From the human T2T-CHM13v2.0 reference genome, Homo sapiens: a stretch of DNA of 64,000 nucleotides. The notes beneath the pieces were generated by a model. That model searched no databases and was not told where the DNA came from. It saw only the letters and a program-made list of their open reading frames with translations. Position 1 is the stretch's first letter, and each line of letters opens with the position of its first letter. Made by a program: the position numbers and the translations under genes. Below, piece by piece: positions 53,458 through 64,000 of the stretch. The stretch is from NCBI RefSeq assembly GCF_009914755.1, contig NC_060932.1; one strand, written 5' to 3'.

Positions 53458-53873
53458 TGTCAAAGAGGAATGCCAGGCTGACTCAAGAGTATCATGTCCT
53501 AATGGGCCATCAAGCCAGGGCTGCAACCAGGGCTAGGCAGAAGTCAAAAAAGGAAAAAAAAAAAAAAAGGAAAACTAAAACAAGGAGTTGTTCATCAGAA
53601 TAGGGGAAATTGGGGAGAGGGTCTGAATGGTCACCATAGGGTTTTTAGGTGTGCTAACATGAACTGGCAGGATTTTATAGGTGTAATCCTTTTAATTGAG
53701 GATAGAAACAATTAGAACTCAGATATACAACAAAATGGTTTACTTATCTAGGTGAATGGGTCACTTTTATGTACCTGGACATTCTCTGGTATTTGTTCTA
53801 GAGGTATGTGGCAGGTTATCCTGGAGTTTTCTGGAATGTTGGATAGCCCAGTGTATAATATTCATATGTTACA
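53458..53873 (-). mobile_element. Probable old LTR (family unassigned)
   Basis: TG...CA ends (tgtcaaagag / tgttaca) and an LTR-like layout; no firm consensus match recalled. Confidence 0.4.
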
Positions 53874-55021
53874 AAAGTATTCAGCAGATTACATGAACCG
53901 CTTAGATGAATAACTTCTCTATCATCCCATATTCTTTCCCTCTATTGCAGTGAAATGGAAAAAAATTAGGCAAAGAAAGAGGAAAAAATTTAGAAGAATC
54001 ATAATCTAAAAAGATTTACTATTGAATTAATTGAAATGTGGCAGCCAATGATATAATTGAATGCGTTGCTAGGTGTTTTTTAGATGAAGACTCAAAGTAC
54101 TAAGTAGATAGTCATTATATACATCAAATGACCAGGCTATTTAAATGTCACAAGGACTTTTGAATTTGGCACTGTAAGAAGTGAATCTGCATCTTGGCTC
54201 TGAGACATTAATAGCTGTTTACAAATGAGTTATTTACCTATCCTTTTCATCTCTGCAAGGAAATCAATGATTAAACAGAACTCACAGAGTTTTGGAAGTA
54301 AATGAGATCAGTACATCTGGTAATATGTAAAGCCCTATTAAATCTTACTATTGTCATGGACAAAAAATAAAATGAAGATATTTTCAAAACCACCAAATAT
54401 AAGAATAAAAAGTAGTGAAATAGTATTTAACATAAAAGTTTAATTGTGAATTCACATGTGAATTCATATGTGAATTCCTCATAAAATTTACTCATTTCAG
54501 AATTATACTAGTTTATAAACAGGTATTCCTTTCTTTATCATGGAGATTGGTTAACATTAATTTATAGCTCACATAATTCTTTAACCTTCTTGCTATTATT
54601 TAATGCATATATTACATTATGTACTTTTACTACCTAAAATAAACATCTCTAACATTCTAGTAATATTACCTTGCCTGGAGATGTTTTTCATAAAAATATC
54701 CCCAGTAGGTTTTAGCATATAGCTGTCATGTCTATGATACAAATAGTATCTAAAAACGAGCCTTTCAGAACCATGATTGTGCTTCACTGATTACAGCAAC
54801 CTTTTCTATTTTTGGCAAAGGAAACTCATGCCTCAAAGCAAAGGAATCAGGGCCAGATTGAGGAACAGGGAATGTGAAGTTAACACTCTAAAGAAGGTCT
54901 GCTTTTTTATCATCCCATGAAATTTGTTTTATAAGAAATAGATTCTCCTGATTTAGAGTGACAAAGGAGGAATAAATGTAAAAGGATAGAAAAATTCTAT
55001 TTAAGCCTTTTCCCTTGGGCT

Positions 55022-55275
55022 CCAGAGCAGCTTTTCCCAAAATGTGCTCCAACAAAAAATAGTTCCAAGAGTTCCTCATGGGTGATCAGAACAGTGGAGG
55101 GTTCTGTTTTCAAAGAGCCAGCACTTTAATTCTTCTCAGGGATTTACAACAACTATAAGTATTTTTAGTTGTTGCAAAATCCTCCTATAAAGAAAAGTGT
55201 TCACCTTTATTTGCACAGCATTTCCTAAAGGCGTTTGACCACAGAATGTTTTTATTGTTCAACACTGACTATGAA
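55022..55275. mobile_element. hAT-Charlie-type MITE
   Basis: cagcttttcccaaaatgtgctcc start; cagcatttcctaaa...tttgaccacagaa. Confidence 0.55.
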
Positions 55276-58170
55276 TATTTTGAGAGATCTCTACATTACT
55301 AAAAATCATGCATGGAATATAAAAAAGAAAAAGAATGACCTCCAAAGTTAGCAAGTAAAAAATGTAGCATGCAGAATTTGATAGGCAGAGCTGCAGGGAT
55401 CTAGGACTAAAAAGACTCAGATTTCAGAAGATGTTCCAATTCTGAGTTTTTCTAAACAAAATCTCACTCCTCATATATAAAATACTCCACCAGGGAGGAA
55501 TACACACACTTACGCATGCATGCACATAAACAATCTAGACTAGAAATTACAAGCAAAATGATTGCTAATAACTGTACCCTGGTCACTGGCAGAGAAGGCT
55601 ACGACAATTATCTAAACAACCTTTTAAAAAGATGACATGTTGGAAGCACTTCATGTTCAATTATTTACTGATGCTTCATTGATTTATGTAGTCTAAGTGC
55701 AGAATAACAATTTTTTTTTTTTTTACCACTTTTCAGCTCAACAAGGGATTGAAAATACTCATTGCATTAAGTATACCAGTCCATGTTTGGCTACCTACCA
55801 GCTACTTTCCTCTCCTCACTACTAAGATAGCTTGATCCTCTCTTCTAGCCCAATTCTGTATTCCTCACACAGATGAGATTAAAGAAGATACTTGTCAATA
55901 CTCAGGGTACTTAGCAGCAAGTGAAATATGCTGGCAATTGTACTCAGACAGACCTTATGCCTGGCTCTACCAGTTGGATTACCATCGTATTCCTTAGAAC
56001 CTTAAAACAAATTCCCACCTTAAATCACAATTCTTGTTATTAGATCTTTACTCTGTCCCTTGAGCTGAAATCTTTTTCCTGCAAGCAGATATACGCCAGT
56101 ATCTCTAGAACTGCAGTTCAAGTTGGAGCTTATTCACGAGGGCAGTGAAAGCTTAGGTTTTAGAATGGGAATAATGTCAGAGCAGACCCGGCTAGAAGCT
56201 GATGTGATTCTTATCCACTGAAACACTGAAAAAGGGAACCTTAAATCACAACACATAAATAGTCTCAGAATCATATTTGGGGCTAACCCCACAGGTGGGA
56301 AAAATGGGGTCTCTGTGAAGGTAGATGGTTCAAGAATAAAAGGCAGGAAGATCTTTGCCTTTCTACTTCTGTGTGTGTTGCTAACCTGAAATTTTACGCC
56401 TGACTACAACTGTGAACCTGGTCCTATGGCAGCAATGAGAGTGGAAAAATAAGAAGATAAACAAGATTATTGAAGTCACTTAAACTACCAGGTAATAATA
56501 GTCAGATAATCTTGGAAAAAGACTGTTGATATTTGGTCCTAAATTATCTTGGATTTCTGTTACACTTTTGCCTTTTTCCTGGGCATTATATTAGCTCAGT
56601 AATCCCACCCTACTACTGCCATCTGCTTCATCAATAATTAGCAGTTATTAGTAGCTTGTTGTGTTACCTCTAGAGAACCCATTTGAAAGACATCCCTGTT
56701 CAAAAGGTTTACTGTAAGACCCCGTATTTCCAACAAAATAAAATGGAAATGCTATTGGGCTATATGGCTTGCTGCTCTTCAGTTGAGATCTTGGTTTGTG
56801 TGCCTGAGCTTATTTTCATGTCAGGATTAGTAAGACTCTACAATCCAATTTCCATCACTGTCTATACTGCACAATAATGGTTTTAAATTAATTCATCATT
56901 TCATCATCATTAAATTTTATAATATGTCTATAAAACTTCCTTTGGGACATGCTGATTTTGTCTTTCAAAACGTTTTTGTGGCAACATTCTTTTAAAATTT
57001 GTCTTGGAAATTTAGGTTTAAAAGAAATAAGAAATTTTTTAATTTTTAAAGTCTCCAAGTAGGAACCTTGACTATAAATTAGAGGAATAAAACAAAACTG
57101 GAAACAGCAATGCTGGTCATCAATCTGCCACATTTTCTATTTGCTCCTACTTACTGAGTATTATATTACACTAAGGTTGACACCTCGGCTTCTTCCTGTG
57201 AACATGTTCTGTTGAAAGTGCTACCGAAAAAGGATACTGTTCTAAAGGAGCCCAAAGTCTATGTGAAAACTTTAACCTATTTATAATTCTAGTTGTTCAA
57301 ATTCAGTTTGTTCAAGAACAATAATTTCATTATTTTTTCAGTAGTTTGACTCCTGTTTAAATCTTACAGTATTGATTTTGTAAGCTAAAATTTCAATTTC
57401 CTTTCCTCTTTGACAGTCACAAGGACTTCCCTGGTCTTTAGAGACAAGGATCTTGACCTCAAGGGCCAAGCCAATAGCCCAGGAGCTGAATAACCAATTG
57501 ATGTCTGTGTTTATGGCCTTTATCCTGCTGTTTCCAAATATCCTTAGTATCATTTTCTATACACTACGCAGCAAAATGCCTTCAAACTCACTTTCTGTAG
57601 GACTCCTTTCCTACCTGTGACCCATGCTCTGCATGCTGCTAGGTTCTCAGATGCAGACGGAATAGTTTCTTCTCCTGTAGATAGGGATTACTTATCACTG
57701 GATTTGAGTCTTAGGGTCTGAATAGAATTTGTCTGGCCATGCTTCTTGTAGCCCACAGTTAAGCAAAAAATAAAAATAAAATAAAACCAATAACCTTAGG
57801 TATATGTAAGAAATAAGTAGCAAAGACTTAGACTTGACCATATATTTAACCATATACTTGAGGTTAAGGAGACTTCATGGACTTAATAACTTTGGAAAAG
57901 TAGGAAGAATGAAATAATCTATTCTTTATTATTTGATTTACCCAACATGTATGTATTAAATACTCACCCTATGTCAGTGAAAATGGCAGGCGCTAAAGCT
58001 ATAATGGTGAATTAAACAGACATGCTCTCTGACCTCATGTTTCCAGCCTAGTTTAAATATACCGTGGGCCTCTTCTATAAGCTGGGTCAACTTGAACAAC
58101 TCACCTAATTGCTTAAGCCCTCGTTTCCTTTTTTTTTCTTCATCTAATAATTATACTTGATGATACTAAA

Positions 58171-58302
58171 GTTGTTTGTTTGTTTTGAGATGGGGTCTCA
58201 CTATGTTGCCCAGGTTGATTGCTAACTCCTGGGCTCAAGCAATTCTCCTGCCTCCACCTCCTGAGTAGCTAGGATTACAGATGCACACCACCACACCCAG
58301 CT
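58171..58302 (-). mobile_element. FLAM (free left Alu monomer)
   Basis: Single ~130-bp monomer, gagatggggtctcactatgttgcccagg...ctcctgggctcaagc. Confidence 0.88.
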
Positions 58303-58470
58303 GTGATTTTTTTTAGCATAATGTTCTAAGAAAATTAACACTGTCACAAGCAGAGTGAATGATCTAAACAGTAGATTCTTCCACATATATCTTGCTAATT
58401 AGCCAAAAGTAGTTTTAGTTCTCATTAAACAATCAGTACTTCCACAAACATGAATGTAAAAGTTTCTTCA

Positions 58471-58819
<349 letters not shown>

Positions 58820-59657
58820 TTAATTTCACTTACAAATGTATCTGAATGTTTTATTTTTCCTTAAATAAAAATGTTGACATATTACTTTTATCTTAAACCA
58901 TGAAGTTGGAAGCCAAATAGTGATTGACTCCAACTTCGTGGGATTTTTCTATATTTTACCAGCTGAGAATCACCTTCTAAAAGCCCATCCATTCTTCCAG
59001 TCCTTTCTCACGTTGTATGACTACATTTTCATCTATTTGTATAGACCTGCACACCACTGGATCCTTCAAAGATACATGTCTTAAAAGCTATTCTCACAAA
59101 GCCATTTTTGTGAATGTCTGATGGAGATATAGGCCCCACTTCCTACATACTAGCTAAACATTTTTTCCATGCTCTGGCCTACAAGGAGTTACTGCTAAAT
59201 ACCCACAACGTGGTAGAAATAGAAAAACCTTGACAATCAGGATAATTACTAATCTCACAGAAATAGATAACCTGAGGAAGGTCTCTGGATGCTAAAAAGA
59301 TAATTGAGGATAACTGCAAATGACAAAGCTTAGAGAAGGTGAAGGGGAAAATTAAAAAGACAATAAATATCAGGAGCCTTGATGGGAATAGTTCTCCAAG
59401 AAAACCATTCTTGTTCTCTTCCAAAAAAGACAAATATTAATGCTCCTCTAATCTGCACCAAAACCTGGAAAATCCGTGGGGTTTACATTAGTGGGCAGAT
59501 GAGACAGTTTGACAAGTAAAGAGCCTGTTATAGTGTAATCTGATCAGACCTTCCCACACCTCACAGACTGCAGTAAATATTCAATGAATAGCTGTTGAGT
59601 GGTCACAAGAAGCTGAGCAGTAGCTGCAAGCGTGGTAGAGAAGGTGCTTAGCTTTTA

Positions 59658-59946
59658 GGTCAGGCTCGTTGGCTCACGCCTATAATCTCAACACCTTGGG
59701 AGGCCGAGGGGGGCGGATCACCTGAGGTCAGGAGTTCCAGACCAGCCTGGCCAACATGGCGAAATCCTGTCCCTACTAAAAATACAAAAAATTAGCTGGG
59801 CGTGGTGCCAAGTGCCTGTAATTCCAGCTACTAGGAGGCCTGAGGCAGGAGAATCTCAAGGCGTATGTTGCATTGAGCCGAGGTTGCGCCTTTCTACTCC
59901 AGCCTGGGTGACACAGCAAGACTCTGTCTGAAAAAAAAAAAAAAAA
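59658..59946 (+). mobile_element. AluSx with a small right-arm deletion
   Basis: Sense dimer; TSD-like tgcttagctttta/tgcttagccttta. Confidence 0.93.
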
Positions 59947-61553
59947 TTGCTTAGCCTTTAAAATGGTGGATTTGAAGTACCCAAATGGGGATATGAAATA
60001 GCCATTTGGATTTACAGTGGAGAACGGGGAGGCCTGAGCCAGAGATATACATCTCAGAATTGTCTACTCAGAGCAGTTGAAGATATGCCCAACACCTATC
60101 TCTTATTAACTGCACTGAAAGACTAGGGGTCTCATCATAAGATATGTGGATGATTAAAAAGAAACAGAAAAATCTCTGTAGGTTTGAGAGGGGCTGAGTG
60201 GAGTCATTAAGTCAGAGAGCCACACAGATGCACTGGGACAACTGGAAGTAGGTGTTAAGCACTGTGAATACTGCAGAGGATAAGCAGAAGTGGCGATAGA
60301 ATTCCGAAGGCAACAAAGATCAACTTTTCAAAAATTTTGCCTAGGCATCCTAAAGAAAACACTGTCTCCACAAACATAATGTTCCAAGTCCCTCAAAATA
60401 TAAGACTGGATTAAAAAGGAAGCAGAAGCATAAATTAATTTTTAAGGGTTCTTTAGTTTCTTCTAAAATTAGGATTGACCCATTTAATTAAATACTTATA
60501 ATTGTTAGTGTTATTATCCATATAATGGCCTGAATACCAGAGTCTGCAGCTCTATGGAGCCAGGAAACATGTCTCTATTACCCACCCACCATTTTACACC
60601 TAGAGCTGATCCAGCACATGGTGTAGAGAAGACACACATAAAGACTTGTTTCAATGAATGAATGAGTGGCTTGGTTTCTTATCCAGTTTGGAGATAAATT
60701 TATGGTAACTTGCTGAATTGATGCACTACATGAACTCATACTAAGCCTGGGTATTTGAAAGTCTCAGGATTTTCTTGTTCTAAGTTTGAATTCAGATCTA
60801 TCCTTCTGAAGGTATTTTCAAAGATTAAAAACATTAATAAGTCAGTATGTTAGAGCTTTCCACCTTTAAAAAAAATCTCATGTACTATCTGACTTCTGAT
60901 CTTAGAAGTATTTTTACTGATGAAACACAAAAGGTAAAAAATGACATAATTAATGATTCATTATTACCACTCCCACGTGGAACATTCTATTCATTCGTGG
61001 CTTGAGTTCATTTGAACAGAGTTTATCATTGTTCTTGCCATAGCAATGCCTTGCTTTCATGCAGAAAATATTAAGCCACACTTAGAAATGAAATACATAC
61101 ATAAGAATCACATCAAATACATTTTTTCACTTCTCAATGAAAGTCACTTTGGCAGCAAATTTTGAAATAGTTTCAAGCTCCAGTCTACTGGGGCAAACTA
61201 TTATGCAGTCTCTCTTGAGAATCTGTTTTGGGGATTTACTCCCTCTAGTGGTGGGGAAAAACTAATTTTTTTTAATTTATTAATTGTTTTCTGCTGAATG
61301 TTTTGCTTTTGATACAATGGTCCTTTTAGGTAAAGACTTCCTTTGCTTTTCCGACCAAATTTGGTTTAGGTATAACATGATACTTACCTAAGGTAGTTTT
61401 TAAAATGTATTTTTGGCTATTTCAGGACATTCCTAATGCTCAGTATATATAAACAGTTTTAAAAATTTAGCAAAATAGCTTTCTGCCTTGGCTTTCTTTA
61501 ATTAATTGATTCACTTGCCATTGCTATATTTCTTGATTACTTCTGCCACTATC

Positions 61554-62406
<853 letters not shown>

Positions 62407-63578
62407 ATCTCCAGTAAAAGCCTGGATCTTATCTTGTTTCTGTTTCTCGTTCTAGCATTGCTAATTTCCCCTCCACGGTTCCTCTAGCCTAATATCCTGG
62501 TTCTGATAACTACAACCAATCTGAGAACTCCAAGAAAAGGCATATCTGTAATTTTTGACATTTTTGTTCAAGATCCTAGATTTCTAAGTAAACATTTTCA
62601 AATCAAATAAACTTAATAAATAGCAAAAACTATTCTTTCTGTATTTTGAAGATATCAAGAATAAAATAATAGTTAATAACTTAAGGATTCCAGTTGTAAT
62701 TGTCAGAGTTGCATTATTAATTACCATGCTAATATGCATCCCCAACTATAAAGATCCCACTTTAAAATTTAGCTTTATCCTCTAGTGAAATTTATTTTTT
62801 AATGATTATTTTCCTGATTGGTATATCCTTGGTCCTCGTGCAACATTTAACCACTGCTTGCTTCTTTTCTGGCTCTTCTTTCTCCTCCTAATCACTCCCT
62901 CAAGGTCCTCTCTAAATCAAGTCAGCATTACTTGATTTCATTCCCACAATTTCAATGATCACTTTTGTATGTACCTAGCAAATGGGTTCAATAATAGTTG
63001 CTGAATAACTAATACTGCCTGCTCAGCTCATCTTCAAGACCCAGCTCAAGTGGTCACTTTTGCATGAATACTGCCTTGTTCCTGCTATTAAATCTGGCCT
63101 CCCTTTATTTGAACTCGCATAGCTCTGTGTTTGTATTTTCTAAAAATTATCAAAATTTGCCTTGTATAGGAGGAGCTTGAGAATACACCTTTCCCTACAA
63201 ATTTCTAATCTTAAAGACAGGCTCTGTGTCCTTGGAGACTTCATCATGAACACTCACTTCTTCTTAGTCTTATTATTTAGTCATATTAATTTTATTTTTA
63301 TTTACATTATGATTTCCACTAACCCCTGGTTAGAAGAATGTTTCACAGAAATCATAATTTAGGCATTAACTGCAAGTCATCTTTACTAAGAAACTAGAGA
63401 ATAAGAACTTTTTCTACTTAGAAGTAACAGAATGCTGACCTTTACAGCATGTCATCCTGAAAGATTTTATCAGATGAGAAAGTAGACTGAGTCCCTGAAA
63501 GTTAATTATGTGATTCAAGTCTTCTTTCTGAATTCATTTTTTGTCCACTTGAATTTTCCTCCTGTTAAGACACTTTTT

Positions 63579-63879
<301 letters not shown>

Positions 63880-64000
63880 GACACTTTTTAACTTAATACA
63901 GATGAGCCATTGCTTTCTCTGTCTAGTGTCCCTAATTTAACATTGTGTCACTTTAAAATCTTCATGAAAGCTTTCAAGGTCACCACCAATCAGGCTTATC

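Noticed and set aside
61380-61392. U1 snRNA 5' end (atacttacct)
   Set aside because: Only 10 nt match with no U1 body; it equally reads as an isolated minus-strand donor consensus with no evident exon

Overview
AT-rich, CpG-poor human genomic DNA (an AluYb9 insertion, a human-specific subfamily, fixes the species). It reads as intronic or intergenic sequence, and I cannot name the locus. I see no supportable protein-coding gene, RNA gene, CpG island or CRISPR array; the supplied ORFs are Alu, L1, LTR or low-complexity translations or chance ORFs. The window is a mosaic of about 17 Alu/FLAM elements, L1 fragments of several ages (mostly minus strand), MaLR and ERV LTRs, DNA-transposon MITEs, L2, MIR, L3 and microsatellites. 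I found no convincing new multi-gene system. The best leads are local structural events: (1) a 32-bp hairpin-unit tandem array at 11119-11278 carrying TACTAAC/QKI-type motifs; (2) a ~190-bp copy of nearby unique sequence pasted into an L1MA at 45573-45760; (3) an in-frame 75-bp triplication inside an AluJ; (4) a (TG)n-flanked, stop-containing candidate cryptic exon at 38680-38810; (5) a very young AluYb9. Repeat subfamily calls come from remembered consensus sequences, and the boundaries of old repeats are approximate.
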